Shown here: piece by piece, positions 1 to 9,772 of the stretch | Position numbering within the stretch: position 1 is the stretch's first letter | Layout: each line of letters starts with the position of its first letter | Source: Halobacteriovoraceae bacterium | GTDB taxonomy: Bacteria; Bdellovibrionota; Bacteriovoracia; Bacteriovoracales; Bacteriovoracaceae | Assembly: GCA_963719505.1 (NCBI GenBank) | Contig: CAVRCF010000001.1 | Span: 128,001-192,000, forward strand | Length of the DNA: 64,000 nt | Direction of reading: 5' to 3' | Program-made: the position numbers and the translations under genes | The notes under the pieces: generated by a model | Told to the model about the DNA's origin: nothing | Databases searched by the model: none | Seen by the model: the letters and a program-made list of their open reading frames with translations, nothing else

Positions 1-215
1 TGATCGGCGAGAAGAACTTTCTTAACATGAACTTCTTCTTCAAGAAGAGGACAAAAGAAATGCTGATTAAAAACTTCGAGGTCTAGGTCTACTAAACACC
101 CCTCGTTAGTTTGAGTAACTTCGTTAATCGTCCCTCCAAATTGAGCCTCATATTGATCACAGGCAAAAGAGGAAAGAGAAAGCATAAGAGCAGAAAAAGC
201 AAAAAGTGTTTTCAT
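1..215 (-). CDS. Secreted hypothetical protein, 3' end outside the window
   Basis: Hand translation from ATG 215 gives MKTLFAFSALMLSLSSFACDQYEAQ..., open to the window edge; signal-peptide-like N-terminus; AAGGA SD upstream. Confidence 0.7.
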   Translation of the reverse strand, partial: MKTLFAFSALMLSLSSFACDQYEAQFGGTINEVTQTNEGCLVDLDLEVFNQHFFCPLLEEEVHVKKVLLAD

Positions 216-339
216 GGGGTATCCTTGTTATTTGTTTAGAGTAAATATACTGTTTTTTAAAAAAAATTGGACTATTTAGCTCAGAATGGAAAAATTTACA
301 GGTAATGTTTGCCGAAATTTGATCGATCATGCCTGATAT

Positions 340-366
340 TAAATCCCATTTTTTGTGCCCCGATAA
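340..366 (+). promoter_or_regulatory. Sigma28 (FliA)-like promoter
   Basis: TAAA-N15-CCCGATAA upstream of ORF 405. Confidence 0.5.
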
Positions 367-404
367 GTCACTATACGACTTGAACTATACTTTTAGGGGA
401 ACCA

Positions 405-1265
405 ATGAAACTTCAATTATCAAATTTAAAACTACTTCTTGTTTTTCTCTTAGCCATATCGTCTTTTCAATCCCAAGCCAGAAGATGGGGCTTGGCCAAA
501 AAATACACCATCCTTCCACTAGCACAATCACACGAAACGATTGGTGAAGCAGCCTTGGATGAACTCAATCCCAACTCGATAAAAGTACTAGTTTGGAATG
601 TACTCAAAGGTGAAAGAAAGAATTGGGATAGAGATTTTAGACAACTTTCTTCTGATAAAGACATCTTACTGCTTCAAGAAGGATACCTAAACAATCATAT
701 GAAAGACACTTTATATTCTATGCAAAACTTTCAGTTTGATATGGGTGTAAGCTTTATTTATAACAAAGATAATAATACGAGAACCGGATCATTTATAGGC
801 TCAAAAGTTAAACCCCAAGAGGTTTCTTTTACTAGAACAACAGATCTAGAACCTTTTATTAAAACGCCAAAAACGACGACTTATGCCTACTATCCCATCG
901 CTAATTCTCATAAAACTCTTTTGGCCTTATCTATTCACGGGATAAATTTTGCCAACCACCAAGCTTTCGTCAACCACATCAATCAATCCGTTGATATGAT
1001 TAAAAACCACGATGGACCCGTTATTTTTGGTGGCGATTTCAACACAAGAACCAAAAAAAGAACGTCTCACTTAAGAAGACTTTTAAAGAGTCTGGGCTTA
1101 ACAGAGATGAGCTTTAGAAATGATAAAAGAATGAGAGCCGTTAAAGTTGGTCCCATTCTCGATCATGTTTTTATTAGAGGCTTACTTGTTAGGGACTCTG
1201 AAGTTCTAGGCAAGATAAAGTCTTCAGACCACAAAGCGATGGTTCTTGATCTAGCATTAGACTAA
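405..1265 (+). CDS. Endonuclease/exonuclease/phosphatase family protein (YafD-like), with signal peptide
   Basis: Motifs VWNV, LLQE, GGDFN, LDHVF, SDH. Confidence 0.85.
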   Translation: MKLQLSNLKLLLVFLLAISSFQSQARRWGLAKKYTILPLAQSHETIGEAALDELNPNSIKVLVWNVLKGERKNWDRDFRQLSSDKDILLLQEGYLNNHMKDTLYSMQNFQFDMGVSFIYNKDNNTRTGSFIGSKVKPQEVSFTRTTDLEPFIKTPKTTTYAYYPIANSHKTLLALSIHGINFANHQAFVNHINQSVDMIKNHDGPVIFGGDFNTRTKKRTSHLRRLLKSLGLTEMSFRNDKRMRAVKVGPILDHVFIRGLLVRDSEVLGKIKSSDHKAMVLDLALD

Positions 1266-1268
1266 GCT

Positions 1269-1317
1269 GTGTATAAACCCGGGTGTATAAACCAGGGTGT
1301 CTAAATCTTTGACACCC
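1269..1317. repeat. Three tandem 14-bp units ending in a palindrome
   Basis: GTGTATAAACCCGG GTGTATAAACCAGG GTGTCTAAATCTTT; inverted repeat GGGTGTC-N9-GACACCC at 1295-1317. Confidence 0.8.
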
Positions 1318-1398
1318 CAATATACTTGTTACAATGACCATGCTCCCGCCACCCTATTCATGATCTAATAGAAGAAATTGTTTTCCCAAAGGTCATAA

Positions 1399-2886
1399 AT
1401 GAAACGAGTTCTTCTTTTATACATATCAATTGTATCTATCTCGAGCAGTTTTGCCCAAAATTTTGAAAACCTCAAATATATTGTAAGTCGGTCTGTCGAA
1501 TACAGAAATAGAATACTAGAAGTCTACCCCCGATTAGAAGCCCTCAATCAAAGGGACTATGTCCTTGTAGAAAAAGATATCTCCTACCTCAATCAACATT
1601 CAATAGAGAGGTCTCGTTTTGAAAACGCTGTATTCTCCTATCTAGAAGATCTCGAGTACACCGTCTCCAGCAGAATCAGAAAGAAGTATAACCCTACCCC
1701 GACTCAACTCAATGATACAATGGCCTACCTTGCCGTCTCTTTAACAATGTATGATAGCTTTTTAGAGACCTATCTCAAGATGAATAAACTCAAGAAAATT
1801 CGGCGTTTTTTAAACTCCGCTGACACAGCCATTGGTAAGAGACGCAATCTTTTTAAAAAGAATATTCGCTACTATACTGGCTTTAGATTTCGAAAAAGAA
1901 TTAGAAGAGGAATAAAAGTATTTAAAAAGTTCTACCTTGCAGATTTAAAAAGATATGCAAGTGATTCTGAACTCGCTTTTATGGCCGCAATTATTCAAGA
2001 TAGCTATACTTACCAAAAGGTAGTGAATCAATCTTATTGGATGAGGTCTAAAGACTATTTTAAAATTTTAGGGAGGAAGTTAGATATTGGTTACAAAGCC
2101 AATATAGATTTTTTCAATAGATTAGGAAAGAAAACCTTTTTCTTTATTAGTAAAGTCATTGGAAATGCTATGGGCTCGATTCAATTTAGAAACGGACACC
2201 TTTATAACGACGCCAATTTCTTAGATCAAGTTATAAACTATTCTAAGCCTCTTGATATTATCCTAGAAAAGACCCCCTTTCGACTCACAGACAGGTCCAT
2301 TCCTGGCTACTGGGGACATGCCGCTATCTATATTGGTAATGAGGTCCAGCTAAGAGAACTAGAGATTTGGGATCACCCCATGGTTGAGAAGTATCACGAG
2401 AAGATAAAGATGGGGAAAACTATTGTAGAGGCCTTAAGATCAGGTGTTGAACTCAATAGCTACAAGCATTTCACGGATATCGATGATTTTGTCTTATTGA
2501 GAAATAAGAAGACTTGGGAAACACAAGATGCTGGAGAGCATATAGTGAGAGCGCTAAGCCAAGTCGGAAAGACCTATGACTTTGAATTTGATGTTGAGAC
2601 CCCAACCTCAATCGTTTGCTCAGAGCTTCATTACAATGTTTTTAGAGACTTAACGTTTAGAACTTCAAGTATTCTTGGACGTAACACTATAAGTGTAGAC
2701 CAAGTCTCGTATCAAGCTTTTTCAGGTGGAGATTTTGCTCCAGAGATTCTTTATATAAATGGAGTTGAGATCCAGACAAATATTCAAATGACATATGATT
2801 CTATTCTAGAAAACCCAAGAGATACAAATAAGTGGCTCATCGATGATAAAGAAGCTTTTATGAAAAAGGCTTTTGGTAAAGAATAG
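1399..2886 (+). CDS. Secreted permuted papain-like amidase (YiiX/YebB, NlpC/P60) with helical N-terminal region
   Basis: Signal peptide; YWGHAAIY precedes YDFEF...IVCSEL (His-before-Cys permuted order). Confidence 0.8.
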   Translation: MKRVLLLYISIVSISSSFAQNFENLKYIVSRSVEYRNRILEVYPRLEALNQRDYVLVEKDISYLNQHSIERSRFENAVFSYLEDLEYTVSSRIRKKYNPTPTQLNDTMAYLAVSLTMYDSFLETYLKMNKLKKIRRFLNSADTAIGKRRNLFKKNIRYYTGFRFRKRIRRGIKVFKKFYLADLKRYASDSELAFMAAIIQDSYTYQKVVNQSYWMRSKDYFKILGRKLDIGYKANIDFFNRLGKKTFFFISKVIGNAMGSIQFRNGHLYNDANFLDQVINYSKPLDIILEKTPFRLTDRSIPGYWGHAAIYIGNEVQLRELEIWDHPMVEKYHEKIKMGKTIVEALRSGVELNSYKHFTDIDDFVLLRNKKTWETQDAGEHIVRALSQVGKTYDFEFDVETPTSIVCSELHYNVFRDLTFRTSSILGRNTISVDQVSYQAFSGGDFAPEILYINGVEIQTNIQMTYDSILENPRDTNKWLIDDKEAFMKKAFGKE

Positions 2887-2889
2887 CTT

Positions 2890-3621
2890 TTACGAGGCTT
2901 TTTTCTTTAACATAGTCGCAATAATTAAAGGTGCAACTGCTGCGGCCAAATGCTTAAGGGTGTGCCCACTAATGGTAAAATCTGTAAAAGCGAAGATGTC
3001 TTTATCACTGAATTCAACTATTTTTGCCAAGACATAAAAAAGTAGAGCGAAGACCAAGTACTTTGGGTCAATCGTTTTCGATTTAAAAAGAACTATCACT
3101 GTTGGAATCACAACCAGAGGCACGATTTGCACAAAGTAGTAGAGTCTCAAGTCCCCTGATATATCCCAAAGGATGACACTGGAGAAGCCAAATAAAAGAG
3201 AGATGGGAAGAAGTAATCTTTCGAACCTCAGAGAAATAAAGGTTGAAATCATGGCCGTAAACAAGCCCATAAAAGCAATTGTCATCGGTAATCGATCCCA
3301 CACTAAAGTCGAGTTATTTGGATTCCAGTGATACCAAGCAGAGCCTGGGGCAACTAAAAGCACACCGACAAAAAAGATACTCCAAGATAAAGTCGCCTTA
3401 ATATTAGATGATTTTCTCAGTGTGTGCAGTCCAAAAATTCCCGTAAAGATAAAAACAATATTAGAGAAAACATCTCCAAAATTATTGATACCCATAAAAG
3501 GTCTCTTATCCGCGAAGTTGTGGTATTCAATATTTTGAATAATGGGCTCTCTCATCATAATCGCCAAAAAGGTCAGTCCGATAATACCCAGAATAATATT
3601 TGTTTTAATTTTTTGATTCAT
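2890..3621 (-). CDS. Ceramidase-domain (alkaline ceramidase/CREST-like) membrane protein
   Basis: About 7 TM segments; YHNFADKR, SNI, GSAWYH, WDRLPM, SGHTLKH motifs. Confidence 0.8.
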   Translation of the reverse strand: MNQKIKTNIILGIIGLTFLAIMMREPIIQNIEYHNFADKRPFMGINNFGDVFSNIVFIFTGIFGLHTLRKSSNIKATLSWSIFFVGVLLVAPGSAWYHWNPNNSTLVWDRLPMTIAFMGLFTAMISTFISLRFERLLLPISLLFGFSSVILWDISGDLRLYYFVQIVPLVVIPTVIVLFKSKTIDPKYLVFALLFYVLAKIVEFSDKDIFAFTDFTISGHTLKHLAAAVAPLIIATMLKKKAS

Positions 3622-3648
3622 TGGACTATTTTCTATAAATAAAATGAA

Positions 3649-5028
3649 TTAAGCAAGTCCAACCTTAAATTTCTTATTTTTGATCTTACCAGCATTTAAC
3701 TTGGTGATAGCATTTTGGATTTTCTCTTTTTTTATGGCCACTAAGCTTGTGATATTTGTGATCGTTATATCGCCAATATCGTCTGAATCCAGCCCTGCTT
3801 CGTGAATAAGAGCTCCTACGATATCTCCTGGTCGAAGCTTTTCTTTCTTACCGCCACTTATATACATCGTATCCATCGGTGGAAGGAGATCGTAGTTTTT
3901 TTCAAAGTTTTCAAACTTAAATTTCTCAACCTTCACTTTGCGCTCGAGGTATTCTTCAAGTTTTTCTATTTTAAAAGCTTCTTTTTCTACGGAAAAAGAA
4001 ATCGCCACACCACTTTCTCCCGCACGTCCTGTCCGACCAATTCGGTGGACATAATCTTCACTATCAATGGGAAGATCGTAGTTGAAAACCGCTGGAAGCT
4101 CTTTTATATCCAGTCCTCTCGCTGCGACATCAGTTGCAACAAGACCTGATAGAGAGTGGTTTTTAAACATAGCAAGAGTTGTCAGTCTTTCATTTTGATC
4201 GATATCACCGTGAATACCAGCGGCGATGACACCTTCTTTATCTAAAAACTTCACCAAAGTATCAGTGATAATTTTTGTTTTGCAAAAGATGATAAATCGT
4301 TCTGGTTTGAGTTCACCAAGAATTGCCAACAGGGCTTCATTTTTATCTTTATGGCTATCGAGCTCATAGAAGGTCTCTTTAATAACATTTTTAGCAAGTT
4401 CTGTATCCACCTTCACCATAACGGCATCGGTTTGAATATTTTTGCTTAGATCCTCGATACTATAGGGAAATGTCGCTGAAAAAAGAAGGGACTGTCTTTT
4501 TTTGGGAATGAAACGCTCAATCTCTTTGAGCTCATTGGTAAAACCCATATCGAGCATTCTATCTGCTTCATCTAGAACAAAGACTTTAATATTTTGAGGA
4601 TCAAGAGTCTTCTTTTTGAGAAGCTTTAAAACTCTTCCTGGAGTACCCACAACTATATGGGCTCCGTGAGATAAGCTTTTATCTTGGTGAAATTCTGCCG
4701 TTCCGCCACAGATCGTAACGACCTTAACATTTGGTAGAGCTCTTGCTAACAGACGAACCTCAGTTGCAACTTGATCAGCTAACTCTCTGGTCGGGCAAAG
4801 AATAAGACTTTGTGGTGATGTTTGATCCAAGATCAGACCGTTGAGAATACCCAAAGCGAATGCCGCCGTTTTTCCACTGCCGGTCTTTGCTCTTGCGATC
4901 ACATCCTTTCCCGCTAATACCAGGGGTAGACTCTCTTTTTGGATAGGAGTCATTTTTTCAAACTTTAGACTCTCTAAATTTGAAAGAAGTTCTGGAATTA
5001 GATTCAATGTATCAAAATGGTCGCTCAT
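3649..5028 (-). CDS. dbpA: ATP-dependent RNA helicase DbpA
   Basis: AKTGSGKT, DEAD, SAT, HRIGRTGR and C-terminal GGKKEKLRPGDIVGAL RNA-binding domain; start moved to ATG 5028 to avoid overlap with the divergent gene. Confidence 0.92.
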   Translation of the reverse strand: MSDHFDTLNLIPELLSNLESLKFEKMTPIQKESLPLVLAGKDVIARAKTGSGKTAAFALGILNGLILDQTSPQSLILCPTRELADQVATEVRLLARALPNVKVVTICGGTAEFHQDKSLSHGAHIVVGTPGRVLKLLKKKTLDPQNIKVFVLDEADRMLDMGFTNELKEIERFIPKKRQSLLFSATFPYSIEDLSKNIQTDAVMVKVDTELAKNVIKETFYELDSHKDKNEALLAILGELKPERFIIFCKTKIITDTLVKFLDKEGVIAAGIHGDIDQNERLTTLAMFKNHSLSGLVATDVAARGLDIKELPAVFNYDLPIDSEDYVHRIGRTGRAGESGVAISFSVEKEAFKIEKLEEYLERKVKVEKFKFENFEKNYDLLPPMDTMYISGGKKEKLRPGDIVGALIHEAGLDSDDIGDITITNITSLVAIKKEKIQNAITKLNAGKIKNKKFKVGLA

Positions 5029-5056
5029 TTGCTGAAGGTATGCTAGAAAATGCAAC

Positions 5057-6217
5057 ATGGCAAAGAAGAAGAAATTATTATCCGGTTTTGAACTCAGCGG
5101 TATCGCTCCCAATATTCTCCTCAAACACGTTGAGAATACTGCTCCATTTCTTTTTGCAGGTGAACTAGACACCAGTGGAGAAAAAAGAGCTTATCTAGAA
5201 AAACTCAGATTTTATAAAAAGAACCTTAAAGCTTTATCTCATATAGACCTCACTGAATACTTTCATATTTGTATGTCTGCCCACTGGGCCACAGCTGGTA
5301 CCTTTGTTCCAACTGACGTAGATAACCAAATAAGAGAAGGCCTTTGGAAGCATAAGAAAATAAAAGATCATATTGAAAAAATGGCCAAAATCACCATTGA
5401 TTCATGGACCTGGGATTATAGACAAGTCACTAATAGAAAGTCCTTTAATTCTCATAATGATGAAGTCATGAGCACACATGAGGGAACCTGGCTAAGTGTG
5501 GCTATTGGGGCTTACTGTGCCTTGGTTAAGAATAATAAGCTTGATTTGGCCGGTGAAGTTTCAGATGTTATCGTCTCGGAAATTGTGAAAGAACAGAACC
5601 TCATGCTCGCTCTTCGTGAAGATCGCGACCATATCAATTATCTCAGAGCCGCTCCGCTTATTGCACACAATTTAGGTGATCTCGACAGAGTTATCGTTCA
5701 GTGGGATATGCTTGAAGATGAATTTTGTAAAAGTATCTATAAACTAGGTCATATTCCAAATGATCGTTATAACCCCATATTAGTTTACACAGGAAAAGTG
5801 AACAAGGAATTCTCATCCAAAGAGAACCATCGCCATATGAGCATGAGACAACCTAAGGCCTTGAGAAAGTCTAGCCACTTTCTTATTCCAGTAGGTCCCT
5901 TTATGGATGACTGGGGTACGTCTCTTGGATCGTCCTCTCTTCTTTCACCGCAAGAGAAAGCTGAAATTATCGTTGCACTGTTTGATGGATATAAAAGACA
6001 AGATCAGGCTTTTGGATACTGTAGAGCTTATGGAGCGATGATAAAATCATGTGAGCAGATAGCTGAGGTTGAATCCTGGATTCCTTTTGATGTTACCAGT
6101 GAAATTAATAAATCTGATTTCAAGAAAATGTCTGAGATCTCCAGATCTGACTTTGAACAAAAGTACAAAGACCAACTGGATATCTTTAAATGTGAGATAA
6201 CGGGAATTCAATTTTAA
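5057..6217 (+). CDS. Hypothetical protein with conserved-looking His/Asp/Glu motifs
   Basis: 386-aa ORF; HWATAGTFVPTDVD, STHEG, AHNLGDLDR, ENHRH. Confidence 0.75.
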   Translation: MAKKKKLLSGFELSGIAPNILLKHVENTAPFLFAGELDTSGEKRAYLEKLRFYKKNLKALSHIDLTEYFHICMSAHWATAGTFVPTDVDNQIREGLWKHKKIKDHIEKMAKITIDSWTWDYRQVTNRKSFNSHNDEVMSTHEGTWLSVAIGAYCALVKNNKLDLAGEVSDVIVSEIVKEQNLMLALREDRDHINYLRAAPLIAHNLGDLDRVIVQWDMLEDEFCKSIYKLGHIPNDRYNPILVYTGKVNKEFSSKENHRHMSMRQPKALRKSSHFLIPVGPFMDDWGTSLGSSSLLSPQEKAEIIVALFDGYKRQDQAFGYCRAYGAMIKSCEQIAEVESWIPFDVTSEINKSDFKKMSEISRSDFEQKYKDQLDIFKCEITGIQF

Positions 6218-6396
6218 AAATCTAGCCTCTGCTCTTCATCTCTTTTACAAGGAACACAGTCTTGAATATGGTCTTCATCACTTATTTCATGGGGAGTTGT
6301 TTTATCACAAGCCTCACAGAATATTTCTACGATAGAGAAAGTATGTAAACATTCTGATTGAATTAAATCTTTTGAAATTTCTAGATAATCATCCAT
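6214..6396 (-). CDS. Small zinc-ribbon-like protein
   Basis: CEAC...H...CVPC; TAATG coupling to the upstream gene. Confidence 0.6.
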   Translation of the reverse strand: MDDYLEISKDLIQSECLHTFSIVEIFCEACDKTTPHEISDEDHIQDCVPCKRDEEQRLDF

Positions 6397-6782
6397 TATC
6401 TAAGCATCCCTTTACAGACGTATCCAAAGAGCTCCTTTGGAGAGGTGGCAGCGGTGGAGATATTAATATTACTCTCAGTATTCACAGATCTATCGTCAAT
6501 GGCCAAGTAGAAGGTTTTCCCAACAGCCGATATTTCTGCCTGAAAGTAACGATCTCTTGTCGTATTAAACCTTTTCGAGATAAGGGGCTTTACACCTGCA
6601 AGTTTGTTGTAAATATTTAAGTGAGTAGTCACGGAAACAGGGCCACCAGGAGGAGAACAAGAGACCTTAGATATCTCATAGGTATTTTCAAAAACCGTCT
6701 TAGAAACGCATAAAGTTCTTTGCTGAAAACAAGTGGCAAATGAATATGTAGATCCAATAAGCAATAAGATAAAAATTTTCAT
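6396..6782 (-). CDS. Secreted hypothetical protein
   Basis: Signal peptide, four Cys, AGGAG SD. Confidence 0.7.
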   Translation of the reverse strand: MKIFILLLIGSTYSFATCFQQRTLCVSKTVFENTYEISKVSCSPPGGPVSVTTHLNIYNKLAGVKPLISKRFNTTRDRYFQAEISAVGKTFYLAIDDRSVNTESNINISTAATSPKELFGYVCKGMLR

Positions 6783-6830
6783 GAGGCTCCTTAAAACTGA
6801 TGTTTACGGTTTTAAGGTCAAAAGATCAAC

Positions 6831-8441
6831 CTAGTAAGATAAAATTTTTAGTATATTTTGTCGAAAGCTTTTAAGTTGCTGCTTAGAAGCTTGCAAGTCG
6901 CCGTAATAACAATCACAAAAAAGTATACTAATCGATTTTATCGAGTCGTGTTTACCTCCTTTATGAAAGAAAAATTCAGACAGCTTCATGGGTGGTGGAG
7001 CTTCTCCATCTTTAAAGTGTCCATCTTTTACTTCATCTCTCCAAAGATTATAGGATTTAATAATCTCTTCATTGGGGGTTAATTTGAGCCCCCTGAGTTG
7101 TTTAAACTTAGTTTGAATGGCATCTTCTTGATTTTGAGTTAGGATGCGGTTTTTCTTTTTCTTTCTCAAAGAAACTAAAAAATTAACAAGAAAAAAGATC
7201 GAGACGCAGGCGAGCGCTCCCAGCAGTTTGTCTTCTTTTAAAATATCTCTCTTCTTACTACTTTTTGGTTCGATAGGCTTTGCAAGCTCTTTTTCAACTC
7301 GTTCTAATTCTAAGGCGGATTCCTCCATCCCTTTGAGAGATTCAACTAACTCATCAGCGCCACCATTAAAGCTCTCAAAGAAAGTTCCCCCTTGAGTTTT
7401 TGATTCTAGTTCACTAATTTGAGGCGTTTCAAGGTCTTGAAGCTTTTTACTATCAAGAAAACTTCTTCCCTTTATTTCTTTCATTCTCGCTAAAAGTTTT
7501 TTAATACTTCCAGATTTCAGGGTTCCTTTTAAGGCCTGATCATCGAGCTCTTCTTTCATTCCATACAGTTCAATTTTTGTTTTATTTAAGCTGTCTTCTA
7601 TATCGATGCCAATATCGGGAAAGTTTTGAAGAAGCTTTTCCATGGAATCAATCTGAGAGATCATTTTATCAATTTCAGACTCTATGTTTTCTGATTGTGA
7701 CTTAAGCTTAGATTCAATTGTTGAAAATTTCATCTTCAAATTAGTTCTTTTAATTTTTATAATTTTCGTTTGACCTCTTTTTTCGACCTCTTTTTCCTGT
7801 TGACTCTTTGGTACAATGAACACGGCAAGACCACAGATAAGGAAAAATTTTGCAAAAAGCTTGAAATCAAACCTCTGCCAAAAACTCGACATGGACTCTT
7901 TGGAAAAAAGGACAAGAGTAAAGTAGATCAAAACGAGTTCAGTCAAAAGAAGGTTCCTATTCATCAATCCTGTCCAGATGAGAAGAACGGAGAGGATTAA
8001 AATCTTTAAAAGTAGAATAAAGTACAGATGCCTCCAAAAGGTTGAGAGCACCATAAGTGAGCAAAAAATTGGAATGTAGATATATCTTATATCTAACACG
8101 GTTAAGCACAAGATTAGGCCGACACCAAAGACAAAGAGCGCCCCAATATAGCGCTTAATTCTCTTACTAAATTCTAACTTTTTATAAATATCCTCCATCT
8201 TCTCTTTTTGGGCATCACTTTTAAAGAAGTCCCCCCAAAGAAAATACCTTGAGCTTGAGTCTTTAATATTTTTATTAAAGTAGAGTGTCTTTGAGTTTAT
8301 TCTCGTTAAAATAAGCAAAGCAACTGCCGCCAAGCTTATATCGATAATAAAAGCCTCTGGATTCAAATCTATAAAAAGTGTCGGGAGACCAAAAAGGATA
8401 CAAAAAAAGAGGAAAAATTGGGACTCAAAAAAGTTTTTCAC
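6831..8441 (-). CDS. Multi-TM membrane protein with coiled coil and DUF4129-like C-terminus
   Basis: GTG 8441 overlaps the DUF58 stop (GTGA); N-terminal TMs, heptad-rich middle, one TM, then ...LFCDCYYG. Confidence 0.65.
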   Translation of the reverse strand: MKNFFESQFFLFFCILFGLPTLFIDLNPEAFIIDISLAAVALLILTRINSKTLYFNKNIKDSSSRYFLWGDFFKSDAQKEKMEDIYKKLEFSKRIKRYIGALFVFGVGLILCLTVLDIRYIYIPIFCSLMVLSTFWRHLYFILLLKILILSVLLIWTGLMNRNLLLTELVLIYFTLVLFSKESMSSFWQRFDFKLFAKFFLICGLAVFIVPKSQQEKEVEKRGQTKIIKIKRTNLKMKFSTIESKLKSQSENIESEIDKMISQIDSMEKLLQNFPDIGIDIEDSLNKTKIELYGMKEELDDQALKGTLKSGSIKKLLARMKEIKGRSFLDSKKLQDLETPQISELESKTQGGTFFESFNGGADELVESLKGMEESALELERVEKELAKPIEPKSSKKRDILKEDKLLGALACVSIFFLVNFLVSLRKKKKNRILTQNQEDAIQTKFKQLRGLKLTPNEEIIKSYNLWRDEVKDGHFKDGEAPPPMKLSEFFFHKGGKHDSIKSISILFCDCYYGDLQASKQQLKSFRQNILKILSY

Positions 8442-9745
8442 GAAACACTTCTTAGTTGATTTTTTATTTGGTGAGGCTCTTTGACACAACAAACAACAAG
8501 ATTAATGCCTCTTGATATCAATTCTTTTTTCTCTTTTTCAAGAAAATCGATTGAGTTTTTCTGCTCGGCCATAACTCTAGCGATAAACTCAGGAGCTATC
8601 GTTTTTTTCACAGCTTCAAAGGCATCAACATAATAGATGTCGACCTTTGCAAACCGATGCCTCACTCTTTTAATTTCGTTGACCATATCAACCGATTCCT
8701 TATTCACACCTAAAGGTAGAATAAGGGATAAGCAAACACCCTCCTCCATTAGAGAGAGTGATTCGGCAATAGGTCTTGAGTTGACACTTTTTTCTTTTTG
8801 GCAAAAATGAAGGTAGTGCCTCATATCTTCAAGAATAATACTTGCTTGGGTATTTTCAGAAATATAATCATTACTCATCATTTGAAGTTGGTGATTACTA
8901 TGAGAATGAATCTGGGCCAAACTTAATCCAAGATCCCGGCAGTACTCCCATGTCGAATTAACTCCCATTCCAAGATGGTTCTTTGGATTGAGATCAATAT
9001 AGATGACCGCCTCCAAACTTTGGATATTTTCATATTCATTTACGAGTATCTTCGATGACTTTGCTGATGCTTTCCAGTTGATAAACTTAAAAGGATCACC
9101 GTAGCGGTACTCACGAAGACCATAAAAGATGGGTGATATTCCCCTTTTTATGTACTCGTATTCTCCAATATTTCTCGCATCCGATAGTGAAACACTCTCA
9201 GCGAGAGTAATAAGCTGAACTCGAGGGTATATTTGAATTTTTTCTCTTTGTAGAAAATCTATTTTAAACACAAAAAAACCAAAAGGATCACTCACAATGG
9301 CTTTTAGATGCCGAAATTCGAATTCACCAAAGCCTTGGTCTAAAAAGAAACTTTTTTCAATAAAGTCTGATTGCTCTTTTTCGATTTCGAAAACTTGTTC
9401 TGAGTCTGCGATACCTTCAAAGTCTTCAAAAAGAACAAAGCGGTATTTGGGAATTTGATTGAAGCGATATCTCACCCTCAGCCGCTCCCCTTCAGTGTAG
9501 CGATTTTTTTTGAATGATCTTCTCACTTCAAGTTTTTGACAAAAGCTCCAAAGAAGGAAGTACTCTAGTGCTAGAAATGAAAAAAGAGAAATGGGAATAA
9601 TTAAAAGGCTGATTTCTATAAAAGACATGACGATAAACGCCGCCCCTAGATAGGGCCATTCCATTAAGAAGATTAAAATTTTTAACTTCCAAGTGAACAA
9701 GGGCATCCGTTTTTGAAAACTCTTCGGAGTTTGAGTAGTAGTCAC
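8438..9745 (-). CDS. DUF58 domain protein
   Basis: DPFGFF, IYPR, GLREYRYGDPFKFINWKASAK, VNEYE; follows MoxR; start codon uncertain. Confidence 0.85.
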   Translation of the reverse strand: MTTTQTPKSFQKRMPLFTWKLKILIFLMEWPYLGAAFIVMSFIEISLLIIPISLFSFLALEYFLLWSFCQKLEVRRSFKKNRYTEGERLRVRYRFNQIPKYRFVLFEDFEGIADSEQVFEIEKEQSDFIEKSFFLDQGFGEFEFRHLKAIVSDPFGFFVFKIDFLQREKIQIYPRVQLITLAESVSLSDARNIGEYEYIKRGISPIFYGLREYRYGDPFKFINWKASAKSSKILVNEYENIQSLEAVIYIDLNPKNHLGMGVNSTWEYCRDLGLSLAQIHSHSNHQLQMMSNDYISENTQASIILEDMRHYLHFCQKEKSVNSRPIAESLSLMEEGVCLSLILPLGVNKESVDMVNEIKRVRHRFAKVDIYYVDAFEAVKKTIAPEFIARVMAEQKNSIDFLEKEKKELISRGINLVVCCVKEPHQIKNQLRSVS

Positions 9746-9772
9746 TCAACTTTGGATTTTGAATGGACTTTT

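Noticed and set aside
1269..1317. Possible CRISPR array
   Set aside because: Units are 14 bp and directly adjacent, with no spacers and no cas genes
5029..5172. N-terminal extension of DbpA in the ORF track
   Set aside because: Overlaps the divergent gene at 5057; helicase similarity begins at Met 5028
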